From: Pseudobdellovibrionaceae bacterium
Lineage (GTDB): Bacteria; Bdellovibrionota; Bdellovibrionia; Bdellovibrionales; Bdellovibrionaceae
Reading direction: 5' to 3'
NCBI GenBank assembly: GCA_019637955.1
Contig: JAHBUS010000006.1
Location: forward strand, 34,750-98,749
Length of the DNA stretch: 64,000 bases
The notes under the pieces were generated by a model, which saw only the letters and a list, made by a program, of their open reading frames with translations, was not told where the DNA came from and ran no database searches. The translations under genes and the position numbers were made by a program. Below are positions 48,066 through 58,100 of this stretch, piece by piece (positions within the stretch are counted from its first letter, which is position 1; each line of letters begins with the position of its first letter).

Positions 48066-48104
48066 GCCGCATCTCTGCGGCCTTTTTCTTTTTTACCAAA
48101 CGAA
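48066..48104. terminator. bidirectional rho-independent terminator between CsgG-like gene and ugd
   Basis: AAATAAAAAA-GGCCGCA-tctc-TGCGGCC-TTTTTCTTTTTT. Confidence 0.65.
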
Positions 48105-48108
48105 ATGA

Positions 48109-49443
48109 TCACGCCTCAACGTTGGGCCGGCCCACCGAGTAGTACGTGAAGCCGGTGCCTTTGATGTCACGAGGGTTGTAGATATTACGGCCATCGCAAA
48201 TCACGGGCTTTTTCATCAGCGATTTCACGCGGGCAAAGTCAGGCTCCCGGAAGGACTTCCATTCGGTCGCGATCACCAAGACCGACGCGCCTTCCAGCAC
48301 ATCGTACTGATCTTCTTTGAACGAAAGGCCCTTGTCGTTTTTGAAATGCTCGCGCGCGTTTTCAGCCGCGACGGGGTCGTAAGCCGATACGGTCGCGCCT
48401 TCGGCCAAGAATTTCTCGATCAAGTACAAAGCGGGAGCCTCGCGAATATCATCGGTGCCCGGCTTAAAGGCCACGCCCCAGAGCGCGATCTTGTGGCCGC
48501 TCAGCGAGCCACCCGCGGCTTTGCGAACCTTGTAGAAGAAGTTTTCGCGCTGGATCTGGTTCACCTTTTCGACCGACTCCAAGATATCCATATCCTCGTC
48601 GGCGTTTGAGCCGGCTTTGATCAAGGCCTTCACGTCTTTTGGGAAGCACGAGCCGCCGTAACCCACGCCCGCAAAGATAAAATGCGGTCCGATGCGGAAA
48701 TCGGTGCCGATCCCGCGGCGCACTTGTTCGATGTCCGCGCCCACTTTTTCGCAAACGCGCGAGAACTCATTCATGAGCGAGATCTTGGTCGCGAGCATCG
48801 AGTTGGCGGCGTACTTGGTCATTTCGGACGAGAGCGGGTCCATGACCAGCAAGGGGTTGCCGGACTTCAAAAAGGGTTCGTAGAGGCGGCGCATGACGTC
48901 GGCGGCTTTTTCAGAATCGCAGCCGACAACCACGCGGTTGGGCTTGAGGGCGTCTTCGATCGCTGCGCCTTCGCGCAGGAACTCCGGGTTGGAAACAACA
49001 TCGTAGCCGATGTTCGCGCCGCGTTTTTTGAGAACTTCGGCGATTTTATCTTTTACTTTTTTCTGCGTGCCCACGGGAACGGTCGATTTGTTGATCACGA
49101 CTTTGTAACCGTTCAGGTGCGTGCCGACGGTCTCCGCGACTTGCAAAACATATTTCAAATCGGCCGAGCCATCGATATCCGAAGGCGTGCCCACGGCGAT
49201 GAACAGAACGTCGGACTCTTCAACGGCCTGTTTGAGATCGGTGGTGAAACTGATGCGCTTGGCTTTGATGTTGTTGGTGACCAGATCATCCAGGCCGGGT
49301 TCGTAAATCGGCGAGATGCCATCTTTGAGTTTGTTGATTTTTTTCTGGTCGACATCGGCGCAGATGACCTGGTTGCCCATTTCGGCGAAGCAAACACCCG
49401 TCACGAGACCCACATAGCCTGTTCCAAACACGGAGATTTTCAT
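48109..49443 (-). CDS. ugd: UDP-glucose 6-dehydrogenase
   Basis: MKISVFGTGYVGLVTGVCFAEMG Rossmann N-terminus. Catalytic Cys region GGSCFPKD. Confidence 0.9.
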   Translation of the reverse strand: MKISVFGTGYVGLVTGVCFAEMGNQVICADVDQKKINKLKDGISPIYEPGLDDLVTNNIKAKRISFTTDLKQAVEESDVLFIAVGTPSDIDGSADLKYVLQVAETVGTHLNGYKVVINKSTVPVGTQKKVKDKIAEVLKKRGANIGYDVVSNPEFLREGAAIEDALKPNRVVVGCDSEKAADVMRRLYEPFLKSGNPLLVMDPLSSEMTKYAANSMLATKISLMNEFSRVCEKVGADIEQVRRGIGTDFRIGPHFIFAGVGYGGSCFPKDVKALIKAGSNADEDMDILESVEKVNQIQRENFFYKVRKAAGGSLSGHKIALWGVAFKPGTDDIREAPALYLIEKFLAEGATVSAYDPVAAENAREHFKNDKGLSFKEDQYDVLEGASVLVIATEWKSFREPDFARVKSLMKKPVICDGRNIYNPRDIKGTGFTYYSVGRPNVEA

Positions 49444-49513
49444 AAACCACCTCTAAACCTTTACCTTGAGCGTCGAAAGAGCCTAATATGTCTCAAGAGG
49501 TTCAAATCCGGCA

Positions 49514-50251
49514 ATGAAATCTTGTCTCGTGATCCCTTGCTACAACGAAGAAAACCGGCTCAAGAGCGACCAGCTCCTGGCTTTTTTGACACAGTCTCCG
49601 GATTTTGAGCTTTTGCTCGTCGACGATGGGAGTCAGGACGGCACCTGGCGCGTGATCGAGGCGCTGGCCGCCCAAAACCCTCGCGCCCAAGGACTCAAAC
49701 TCGAGAAAAACCAAGGCAAAGCCGAAGCTGTTCGTCGGGGCGTCATGAAGGCTCTGGAGAACCCAGAGCTGCAGTTCGTGGGTTATTTTGATGCCGACCT
49801 GGCCACTCCGCTCGAAGAGTCGCACCGGATGCTTCGGTACTTCAACGAGCAGCCCTACTACCAAATGATCTTGGGCTCGCGCCTGCGCAAACTCGGAAAC
49901 CAAATCGAGCGGCGTTGGTCCCGCCATCTTTTGGGCCGCCTTTTTGCGACGGCGGTGTCGCAGATTCTTCATCTCCCGGTGTACGACACTCAATGCGGAG
50001 CCAAACTCTTTCGCGCCCCGATCGCGCGCGTTCTCTTCAAAGAGCGCTTCGTCTCGCCCTGGTTTTTCGACGTCGAAATTCTGGCGCGCCACTTAGCCCA
50101 GAAAGGCAGCGCGAATCAGATCTTTGAAATGCCGCTCAAAATTTGGATCCACCAACCCGGCTCCAAACTCAGATCCTCGGACTACCTCCGCGTCCCCATC
50201 GAACTCCTCAAAATCTGGTACCACTACCGCAAGGTGCCTGGCACCTTTTAG
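49514..50251 (+). CDS. family 2 glycosyltransferase (polyprenyl-phosphate sugar transferase-like)
   Basis: CLVIPCYNEE...LLLVDDGSQDGT (DxD context) GT-A fold signature. C-terminal 6 aa are encoded by the GGTGCCTGGCACC palindromic repeat. Confidence 0.8.
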   Translation: MKSCLVIPCYNEENRLKSDQLLAFLTQSPDFELLLVDDGSQDGTWRVIEALAAQNPRAQGLKLEKNQGKAEAVRRGVMKALENPELQFVGYFDADLATPLEESHRMLRYFNEQPYYQMILGSRLRKLGNQIERRWSRHLLGRLFATAVSQILHLPVYDTQCGAKLFRAPIARVLFKERFVSPWFFDVEILARHLAQKGSANQIFEMPLKIWIHQPGSKLRSSDYLRVPIELLKIWYHYRKVPGTF

Positions 50252-50319
50252 GGTCACGGTGCGCAAAGTGCGGAAGCGCCGCATTTCAAAAAGGTGCCAG
50301 GCACCTTTTTTGGTGCCAG
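50231..50319. repeat. two inverted copies of the AAGGTGCC(T/A)GGCACCTTTT palindromic element plus a trailing GGTGCCAG half-site, between convergent GT2 and galE
   Basis: 50231..50253 is identical to 37517..37539. 50291..50311 is the A-centred version. An extra GGTGCCAG lies at 50312..50319. Confidence 0.6.
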
Positions 50320-51278
50320 TCCCAGGCGGAGCTGAGGATGGAGGCGAGATCGCTGCGCTCGGGTTTCCAACCTAGTTTTGTGAGGGCTTTGCTGGCGTCT
50401 GCGACCAACTCCGCGGGGTCTCCGGCGCGGCGAGGAGCCACGTCGAATGGAATCTCGCGGCCCACGACTTTGGAGGCGGCTTGGATCACCTCGAAGGTGG
50501 AATGTCCAGAGCCGGTGCCGAGATTGAAAACATCCCAGGCTTTTCCCGAGCGCTCTAAAGAATCCAAAGCCTTCACGTGCGCGGTCGCCAGGTCATAGAC
50601 GTGGATGTAATCGCGCAGGCAAGAGCCATCGCGAGTCGCGTAGTCGTTGCCGAAGACTTTGATTTTGGATCCACCCGGGAGCATCGATTTGAGCACGAGC
50701 GGAATCAGGTGCGTCTCGGGATCGTGATCTTCACCGAGGCCGAATTCATTGCAGGCACCGGCGGCATTGAAGTACCGCAGGGCCACCGAGTTCATTTTTC
50801 CGATCGCGGCCAAGTCTTGAAGCACCCGCTCCACCATCAGCTTCGAGGCGCCGTAGGGGTTGATCGGTTTTTGCGGATGGGCCTCGTCGATCGGGAGCTT
50901 CTCGGGATTGCCGTAAGTCGCACAGGTCGAAGAGAAGACGAACTTCGAAATTTTATGTTCCACGAGCGTCGTGAGAAGACTCACCGTCTCGGCCACGTTG
51001 TTGTGGTAATACTTCAGAGGATCGTTCACCGATTCACCGACGTAGGCGTAGGCGGCAAAGTGCAGAACGGCGTCGATCTTGTGTTTGGTGAGAATCTCGC
51101 CGACGAGCTTGGCATCGGCGATGGAGCCCTCGTACAGAGGTCCCCACTTCACGGCCTCGCGGTGCCCATAAACCAAGTTGTCGAGAACGACCGGCTGATA
51201 CCCTTGCTGCGCCAACACCGCACAGGCGTGGCTGCCGATATAGCCGGCGCCGCCCGTGACCAAAACGGATGTGCTCAT
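50286..51278 (-). CDS. galE: UDP-glucose 4-epimerase
   Basis: VLVTGGAGYIGSH, YxxxK (YGASK), full-length SDR-extended similarity. Start refined to MSTSVLV at 51278 (ATGA overlap with upstream gene). Confidence 0.9.
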   Translation of the reverse strand: MSTSVLVTGGAGYIGSHACAVLAQQGYQPVVLDNLVYGHREAVKWGPLYEGSIADAKLVGEILTKHKIDAVLHFAAYAYVGESVNDPLKYYHNNVAETVSLLTTLVEHKISKFVFSSTCATYGNPEKLPIDEAHPQKPINPYGASKLMVERVLQDLAAIGKMNSVALRYFNAAGACNEFGLGEDHDPETHLIPLVLKSMLPGGSKIKVFGNDYATRDGSCLRDYIHVYDLATAHVKALDSLERSGKAWDVFNLGTGSGHSTFEVIQAASKVVGREIPFDVAPRRAGDPAELVADASKALTKLGWKPERSDLASILSSAWDWHQKRCLAPF

Positions 51279-52498
51279 ACCGATCGCTCCTTCAAAACGT
51301 GGGTCTCCTCCGCCTGCCAAACCACGAGAGCCCAGATCAGAATCATCACGAACTTGAGTTTTGAGTGCTCAAAATTGGATTCCGTCAAACCGCCCAGAAT
51401 AAATGCGACCTGCGCGCCCAAGCAGCCGAGCATCAAACCCTTGGCAAAAGGTTCGCGGTCCGAAACCCGCTGGTAAGTTCGCATCGTGAGAATCAAAAAA
51501 CCGCCCAACACCAGAAGGTACATGATCAAACCGATCACCCCCGTGCCCGCCAAAAAATGCAGGTACTGATTGTGCGCGTGCGACTCGATCACGCCCGCCG
51601 GCGCGCCGACCATGTCGTAGTACTGGCGGATGATCCGGCTGTTCTCGCCGTAGCCAACGCCGAGGATGGGATGGTCCATGAAGATTTTAAAATGGCCCTT
51701 CCAGATCCATTGGCGCTCGTCACCCGAGCTCAGAGCCATGGTCATACGCTCGGCCATCGTGGGCCAGGCCACCGTCATCAGCCAAACAGCGCCCGCGCCA
51801 AGCGCCGTTAAAAGCGCGCCTAAACGCAGGCTGTACATGAAACCCATGATCAAGGTCGCAAAGGCCATCGCGATCCAAATCCCGCGCGTGAAACTTAAAA
51901 TCACCGCGACGCCCGTCACGACCAGCGCCGGCACCAGAAATCGCAGGTAAGAGGATTTCCAACGCAGGGCCATCAACGACAGACCCACGCCCAAGCAAAA
52001 GTAAATCCCGTAGATGTGACCAAAAGTCATCGCGTTTGAAAGAAGGCCCCCCGTGCGGTGCCCACCCGACCACGGGGCCAAGTCATAGCTCGGATTGATC
52101 GGATCAAAACCTAAGAACCAAACGACGATGGCGTAGAGCGAGCAAATCCCCAAGATGATCGAGGCCGGAATCTGCGCCTTCGGACGCACGCCCATTTCGC
52201 AAATCGCCCAGGCCAAACAGTAAAAAATAAAAATCCAGCGGAACTCGAGCAGGCGAAACACCCAGTCCGTGTTCGACAGCGGTGAAAACGCGAAGCTGAG
52301 TCCGATGACCACGAGCCACGCCAGAAAAAGTTTTTCCATTCCGATCGGACGCAAGACCGAGCGAAGACTCTCCCCCGCCCAAAGACGGCGGCCCATCTTA
52401 AAAAGAACAACCAAGCAGAGCAGCGTTGCAAACAAATCCATCGCCGACTGACTGGCCAGAGTTGCGACCGCGAACAGAGTGACAAACCAGAACATCAT
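51275..52498 (-). CDS. O-antigen ligase-family (WaaL-like) polytopic membrane protein
   Basis: About 10-12 TM helices with a large periplasmic loop. Wzy_C-like region. Genomic context within an LPS cluster. Confidence 0.7.
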   Translation of the reverse strand: MMFWFVTLFAVATLASQSAMDLFATLLCLVVLFKMGRRLWAGESLRSVLRPIGMEKLFLAWLVVIGLSFAFSPLSNTDWVFRLLEFRWIFIFYCLAWAICEMGVRPKAQIPASIILGICSLYAIVVWFLGFDPINPSYDLAPWSGGHRTGGLLSNAMTFGHIYGIYFCLGVGLSLMALRWKSSYLRFLVPALVVTGVAVILSFTRGIWIAMAFATLIMGFMYSLRLGALLTALGAGAVWLMTVAWPTMAERMTMALSSGDERQWIWKGHFKIFMDHPILGVGYGENSRIIRQYYDMVGAPAGVIESHAHNQYLHFLAGTGVIGLIMYLLVLGGFLILTMRTYQRVSDREPFAKGLMLGCLGAQVAFILGGLTESNFEHSKLKFVMILIWALVVWQAEETHVLKERSV

Positions 52499-53160
52499 CA
52501 AACGCCTCCAGCGCCCGGAAGCGGGATCTCACCCAAGGTGTCCACGGTTTCAAAGTGGAAGCTTCCCGCGCGGTGCCGCTCGAGCTTTTCGAGCCATGCG
52601 GGAAGGTCTTGAGTTTCATTTTCAAACAGGTCGGATTTCAAAAAATAAAAACGCGGCAGCCCCGCATTGTGAGCGGCCGCAAGATCGGTGACCCGGTCGC
52701 CGATCATGATTGAACGCGAGAGGTCCAAACCCAAATCTTGCGCCGCGGTTTTGAGCATGCCGGCGTTGGGCTTACGGTACTCGTCCGTCCAGGCTCCTTT
52801 TTGCGGAATGGATCCCGTCGCGAATTCAAATTCGCCCTGAGGGTAAGGGCTGGATTCGGCGGTCTTGTAAAAAGGGGCGAAGTAGATGCGGTCCAAGCCA
52901 GCCCCTTTGAGCGCCAGAAGTTCAACCATGCGCGCGCTCACGGACTTGTAGTCCTCAAGCGTGATCCAGGTGCGGCCAATCCCGGATTGATTGGTGACGA
53001 CCACGACCGCAACCCCCGCCTCGTTGGCCCGGCGGATCAGCTCCGCGGCGGTCGGAATCAGACGGACCTGATCGGCCTGCTTCAGGTAGCCGGCGTCGTG
53101 AATGATCACGCCGTCGCGGTCCAAAAAGAGAGCGGGCTTAAGAGTGTTTGCCATGGTCAT
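52498..53160 (-). CDS. gmhB: HAD-IIIA phosphatase, D,D-heptose 1,7-bisphosphate phosphatase-like
   Basis: FLDRDGVI (DxDGT/V), TNQSGIGRG, KPNAGM, GDRVTDLAAAHNAG motifs. C-terminal roughly 40-aa extension. Confidence 0.7.
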   Translation of the reverse strand: MTMANTLKPALFLDRDGVIIHDAGYLKQADQVRLIPTAAELIRRANEAGVAVVVVTNQSGIGRTWITLEDYKSVSARMVELLALKGAGLDRIYFAPFYKTAESSPYPQGEFEFATGSIPQKGAWTDEYRKPNAGMLKTAAQDLGLDLSRSIMIGDRVTDLAAAHNAGLPRFYFLKSDLFENETQDLPAWLEKLERHRAGSFHFETVDTLGEIPLPGAGGV

Positions 53161-53270
53161 TTTTCATCTCATATTTCGGCCCCAGTGCCCACCGCCGGGC
53201 GGGAAATGCCTAGCGCGTCATCCAAGTTCGTGTGTGATCGAATCCCGTTTTTAGGGCATAACGCAAGGAG

Positions 53271-54713
53271 ATGCCTTCTCGTGTACAAAAGATCCTGATT
53301 CTTCTCTCGGACCTAGCCGCGCAAGTGGTGGCGTTCGCCCTCGGTGCGTGGGCCCTGGCGGTTTACGGGCAGTACTCCTCGTTTGAAGCCCTCGAAGGGT
53401 GGTGGGTCACCACCGGATCCATTCACACCCTCGTTCAAGGCCTGTTCGCTGTTTTGGTTTTGGTGCGCTTTTACATGAAGGGCATCTACTCCAAGCGCCT
53501 CCCGTACTGGGATGAACTGCGCCAAATTCTGATCACCGTCACCTACCTGGCCGCGCTGAACGGCATCGTGGTTTTGATCGCGAAGTGGCCGTTCTCGCGC
53601 GTGCTGTGGCTGTCGAGCTGGAGTTTGTCGCTGATTTTGATTCCGCTCTTCCGTGCGTGGACCCGCCGGACTTTGCGCCGTCTGGGTTACTGGTCGCGCC
53701 CCACGGTGATCATCGGCGGCGGCGACACGGCTTGGTCCACATGGACCGCGCTTCGCAGTGAGCCCAACCTTGGCTTTCAAGTTTTGAAGTTCTTGAACCT
53801 TGAAAAGGACCTTCATCCCGACATCGCCTCCACCGGAGTTCCGGCCGAGAACGTGCAACGCGAAGAGCTCGTGTCCTCACTGCTCAAGCTCGTTGACGAA
53901 GAAGAGAATCTTCAGGTGATCATCGCTCTTGAGCAGTCCGACACGGCTTCGGCCTCAAGCCTGCTCGAGCGTCTGAGCCTGTTCTTCGAAGATGTGTACT
54001 TGGTGCCGTCACTTGGGGGGCTTCCGCTCTTCGGGATGGACGCCCAGCACTTCTTCAGCCACGAAGTTCTTCTTCTTCGCAGTAAGAACAACCTGGGTTT
54101 CCGCCCGCAGTACTGGATGAAGCGGGCTTTTGACCTCGTCGCCGCTTCGCTCGGCCTGATCGCGATCTCGCCGATCTTGATCTGGATCACCCTGCGAATC
54201 CGCCGCTCGGGGCCGGGCGTTCTTTTCGTCCAGCCCCGTGTGGGGCATAAGGGCGAAACATTTTACTGCTTTAAGTTCCGCACCATGGTGCCGAATGCCG
54301 AAAAAGTTTTAAGCGACCTGCTCGCACGTGACCCCGTCGCCAAGCGCGAGTGGGAAGAAAAGACCAAGATCACCAACGATCCGCGCGTCACCCCGATCGG
54401 CGAATTCTTGCGCAAAACCAGCCTGGATGAGCTTCCGCAGCTTCTCAATGTCATCAAAGGTGACATGAGCCTGGTCGGCCCGCGTCCCATTCTTTTGCAC
54501 GAGGTGGACAAATACGGACCGCGGCTCTCGTTCTACAAAAACGTCAAACCCGGCATCACCGGTTTGTGGCAAGTCAGCGGTCGATCCGACACCGAGTACG
54601 CCAGTCGGGTTCATCTCGATACCTGGTACGTGAAAAACTGGTCGCTTTGGTACGATATCGCGATTTTGTTTAAAACTGTCCGCGTCGTCTTCAAACGCGA
54701 AGGGGCCTATTAA
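53271..54713 (+). CDS. undecaprenyl-phosphate hexose-1-phosphate transferase (WbaP/exopolysaccharide sugar transferase family)
   Basis: Polytopic N-terminus. C-terminal bacterial sugar transferase domain: GPGVLFVQPRVG, FYCFKFRTM, DELPQLLNVIKGDMSLVGPRP. Confidence 0.85.
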   Translation: MPSRVQKILILLSDLAAQVVAFALGAWALAVYGQYSSFEALEGWWVTTGSIHTLVQGLFAVLVLVRFYMKGIYSKRLPYWDELRQILITVTYLAALNGIVVLIAKWPFSRVLWLSSWSLSLILIPLFRAWTRRTLRRLGYWSRPTVIIGGGDTAWSTWTALRSEPNLGFQVLKFLNLEKDLHPDIASTGVPAENVQREELVSSLLKLVDEEENLQVIIALEQSDTASASSLLERLSLFFEDVYLVPSLGGLPLFGMDAQHFFSHEVLLLRSKNNLGFRPQYWMKRAFDLVAASLGLIAISPILIWITLRIRRSGPGVLFVQPRVGHKGETFYCFKFRTMVPNAEKVLSDLLARDPVAKREWEEKTKITNDPRVTPIGEFLRKTSLDELPQLLNVIKGDMSLVGPRPILLHEVDKYGPRLSFYKNVKPGITGLWQVSGRSDTEYASRVHLDTWYVKNWSLWYDIAILFKTVRVVFKREGAY

Positions 54714-55852
54714 TGGGTCAGAAAAAACGTTCCGAGTTGTTTTTTGATGAAAATATCGCCCCGTTTCTTCTTTTCGTGCTCGGCTTGATCCGCCGCGGAT
54801 GGCGGCAGCTGCTTCAGACGAACCCTCCTCGAGCCGCAACCCTTCAGCGATTTGCGCTGCTTAAATTGACTGACGTCACCGAAACGGTTCTGGTGTCCGC
54901 GCTGGTCGCAGACATCAAGAAATGGAAGCCTCAGTCCGAAGTGACACTCATCGTGGGGCCTCAAAACTTCGCTTACGCCGACCTAATCCCGCTGGTCGAT
55001 CATTTGATCATGTTGCCGGCAATGGACCTACGCACAAGCATCTCGCAAATCCGCCAAGACAAGTACGATGTGTTGTTGAATTGCGATTCTTGGTCGCGAG
55101 TTTCGGCCATTTTAGGCGCGCTGGCTCGCTCGCGCTGGGTTGTGGGTTTTATGACCTCGCGAGAAAGCCGCCACTTCGCAGACGACAACTTGATTCCTCA
55201 CCGCAGGGACCTGCACGAACTCGACAATTACCGAGCTCTCTTGAGGTCGATTGGGGTCCAAAGCTCTCTTCCGCCCCTCAAGCCCGCCACCACTTCGGCT
55301 GCGACCGTTAAAGATGCCATTACCTTAAACTTGTGGGCCGAAGGTCCAAGTGGATACCAGCGCGAATGGCAGCAGGACCGCTGGAAGAAATTGATTCTGC
55401 TTTTGTCGGAACGTGCCGCCTACAATTTTTATCTCGTCGGAAGCCCGGACCAGCGCGGACGCAATCAAGTGGTGATTGACCAGTTGCCGATCGCGCTGAG
55501 GGCTCGTGTCAACAATGCCGCCGGCGGCACCATGGAACAAATTGTGCGCTTAATCGCGAGCAGTCAGCTCTTGGTTTCGGTGGATACCGGCTTTGCTCAC
55601 GTTGGCGCCGCCGCCGGAATTCCCGTGGTCGTCCTGCACGGACCAACAAGTGTCAAACGTTGGGGCGCGGTCGGTCTCAAGACTCGTCACATCGCAAGCC
55701 GCTTGCCCGGTGCCGGCCAAGTTCAGTTCAGCTTTGAAAATGCCGGACCTCAAAACTTTTTAGACTCCATTGGCGTGGATGAAGTCTATGCCGCCGCCGA
55801 AAAAGCATTGGGCCTTCGCGGAACCCCGTTTGTTCAGGATTTTGACGAGTGA
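54713..55852 (+). CDS. family 9 glycosyltransferase (LPS heptosyltransferase-like)
   Basis: GT9 pattern including SVDTGFAHVGAAAGIPVVVLHGPT. Confidence 0.8.
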   Translation: MGQKKRSELFFDENIAPFLLFVLGLIRRGWRQLLQTNPPRAATLQRFALLKLTDVTETVLVSALVADIKKWKPQSEVTLIVGPQNFAYADLIPLVDHLIMLPAMDLRTSISQIRQDKYDVLLNCDSWSRVSAILGALARSRWVVGFMTSRESRHFADDNLIPHRRDLHELDNYRALLRSIGVQSSLPPLKPATTSAATVKDAITLNLWAEGPSGYQREWQQDRWKKLILLLSERAAYNFYLVGSPDQRGRNQVVIDQLPIALRARVNNAAGGTMEQIVRLIASSQLLVSVDTGFAHVGAAAGIPVVVLHGPTSVKRWGAVGLKTRHIASRLPGAGQVQFSFENAGPQNFLDSIGVDEVYAAAEKALGLRGTPFVQDFDE

Positions 55853-56964
55853 GCGGCTCCGAGCGAGGCAACTCAAAGTTGCGGTTTTTAGATGAAAAGA
55901 TCGGTCCTTGGCCCCTGCGAATACTCGGCCTCTGGCGCGCTTTTTTGCGCGCCCTGGGTTTGCGGCGCCCCCCACAACAGATTCGCTCCGTGCGCCTTCT
56001 CAAACTTGCAGGAATCGGCGACACGGTTTTGCTTTCAGCCTTAGTGGGGGATCTCAAGGCTTGGAATCCTGATGTCCACGTCACGATGGTGGTGGCTCCC
56101 TCCAATGCGATTTATGCTCGCTTGCTCCCACTGGTCGATGAAGTGCTCGTTGTACCCGTAAAAAACCCTCTCCGGGCATTGAGTATTTTGAGACGCGAGT
56201 CCGCAGATTTGATGATCAATGCCGACTCCTGGGCGCGGCTTTCCGCATTGTTGGGCGCCTTGTCGCGGGCTCGCTGGGTGATCGGCTTTCAGACACCAGG
56301 ACAACTGCGTCACTATGCCGATGACCAGTTGATCCCTCATCGTGCCGACAAGCACGAGATCGATAATGACCGTTCGCTCCTCGCGACGCTGGGAATCCCC
56401 GTCGGTGGCCCTCCATTAAAGCCGCCCACCCAGCCAGCCCCTCCAGAGCTGCGAGGCGCCGTCATTTTTCACCTCTGGCCAGGAGGCACGAAAAGCCATT
56501 TACGAGAATGGCCCCTCGAAAATTGGGCGTCTTTGCTGGAACGCCTCGCTCGCTCCGGAGTCCAAAAGTTTGTGTTGACGGGCGCTCCGGAACAAAGGGT
56601 CTTGAACGACCGCTTCATCGCCGCTCTCCCCGCCTCCTTTCAAGCTGGTGTTCACAACGCCGCGGGGATGCCGATGCAAAATACCATCAATCTCCTCGCC
56701 GAAGCCGCCCTCCTCATTAGTGTTGATACGGGCGTGATGCACATCGGGGCGGCCCTGGGGACAAAAGTGATCAGCTTACACGGCCCCAGCAACCCACGCC
56801 GTTGGGGCCCCATCGGGGAGCGCGTCCAGCCCTTGACAAGCTCCCAGCCCGGCGCAGGACGCTTGGTGCTGGGATTTGAGTACGACTCGGATCAGAACTT
56901 CATGACAGGACTCTCAATCGATGAGGTTGAAACCTGTGCGCGAAAGATGCTGGGGACACCATGA
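55849..56964 (+). CDS. family 9 glycosyltransferase (LPS heptosyltransferase-like), tandem paralog
   Basis: Paralogous to the preceding gene along its whole length (LLKLAGIGDTVLLSALVGDLKAW; SVDTGVMHIGAALGTKVISLHGPS). Confidence 0.8.
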   Translation: MSGSERGNSKLRFLDEKIGPWPLRILGLWRAFLRALGLRRPPQQIRSVRLLKLAGIGDTVLLSALVGDLKAWNPDVHVTMVVAPSNAIYARLLPLVDEVLVVPVKNPLRALSILRRESADLMINADSWARLSALLGALSRARWVIGFQTPGQLRHYADDQLIPHRADKHEIDNDRSLLATLGIPVGGPPLKPPTQPAPPELRGAVIFHLWPGGTKSHLREWPLENWASLLERLARSGVQKFVLTGAPEQRVLNDRFIAALPASFQAGVHNAAGMPMQNTINLLAEAALLISVDTGVMHIGAALGTKVISLHGPSNPRRWGPIGERVQPLTSSQPGAGRLVLGFEYDSDQNFMTGLSIDEVETCARKMLGTP

Positions 56965-58019
56965 CCCTGCTCCTCATTTCTCTACGCTCGGATCACGGTG
57001 GGGGACCCAAACATCTCCTCGACCTCGCCACTCAGCTCAAGATCGATCACCCCTCACAACGAATCGCGATCGCGGCTCCGGACGAAGCTCCTTACGGCCC
57101 GGCTTTTAAGGAACTGGCCGGCCCCCTCTTTTTTGAACTCCCCCACCGCAAGTTTACTCTGGGAGCTTTTTGGCGCTTGGCGCGCTGGGCGCGCCATCAA
57201 GGCGTCTCAACGGTTCACTCGCATGGACGCGGAGCAGGCGTCTACTCCAGGCTTCTGAAGTTCCTCGATTCACGCCTGCGCGTCGTTCACACCTTTCACG
57301 GGTTTCATCGAGGTGCAGGCCTGACCGGCTCGCTGAAGGTTGCCGTTGACCGGCTTCTCGCCCCTTGGGCCGATGCCTACATCGCCGTGGCACCGGACGA
57401 AAAAATACTCCTTGAGAGCAATGGCTGTACGAAGGAAATTCCGTGCCATGTCATTCTCAATGGTGTCGCGACTCCGTCAGCACTCTCCCCGCGCTCCCAT
57501 TTTCGAGGAGTTCTCGGTCTTCTCGCACGACATGATCACCAGAAGGGTCTCGATTTGCTCATGCGCCATCTCTTGGCCTGGAACTCGCTCTCCCCGGCAA
57601 GGCCCTGGGTTTTTCACATCGCGGGATTTGCCCCGGCCTCCTTTGAGGTCCCAGGTCCCCTTCGAGATCGAGTTGTTCTTCGCGGCCCCTTGAGTGATCC
57701 ACGGGCGTTCCTGCGGGAGCTTGACTTGTACGTGAGCTCGGCGAGATGGGAAGGCCTACCTCTCAGCGTTTTGGAAGCGGCCGCCGAAGGGGTTCCTACG
57801 CTCTTATCTGACGTTCCAGGTCACGCCTACTTCAAGGATAAAAAGGTGACGGCGACGTTTCGGTTGGAGGATTCAAACTCTTTCTGCCACGAACTCAATC
57901 AACTTTTTCAGAGCGAAACTCAACGGCTCGAGCTGGCACAGAAAGCTTTTCAACTGGTTCGTGAACATCACAGCGTTGAGAGGATGGCCCGAGAGACTGA
58001 GTTGCTCTATAGAGCCTGA
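56961..58019 (+). CDS. family 4 glycosyltransferase (GT-B, RfaB-like)
   Basis: WEGLPLSVLEAAAEGVPTLLSDVPG (E-x7-E region) in a GT-B C-domain. Confidence 0.8.
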   Translation: MTLLLISLRSDHGGGPKHLLDLATQLKIDHPSQRIAIAAPDEAPYGPAFKELAGPLFFELPHRKFTLGAFWRLARWARHQGVSTVHSHGRGAGVYSRLLKFLDSRLRVVHTFHGFHRGAGLTGSLKVAVDRLLAPWADAYIAVAPDEKILLESNGCTKEIPCHVILNGVATPSALSPRSHFRGVLGLLARHDHQKGLDLLMRHLLAWNSLSPARPWVFHIAGFAPASFEVPGPLRDRVVLRGPLSDPRAFLRELDLYVSSARWEGLPLSVLEAAAEGVPTLLSDVPGHAYFKDKKVTATFRLEDSNSFCHELNQLFQSETQRLELAQKAFQLVREHHSVERMARETELLYRA

Positions 58020-58100
58020 CGTAGAAAAGGTCCCCGCACTACAATCTAACGCGAGGCGACTTCCTACAAGAATTCCACAAAAGATGTCATAAAATAGCGC

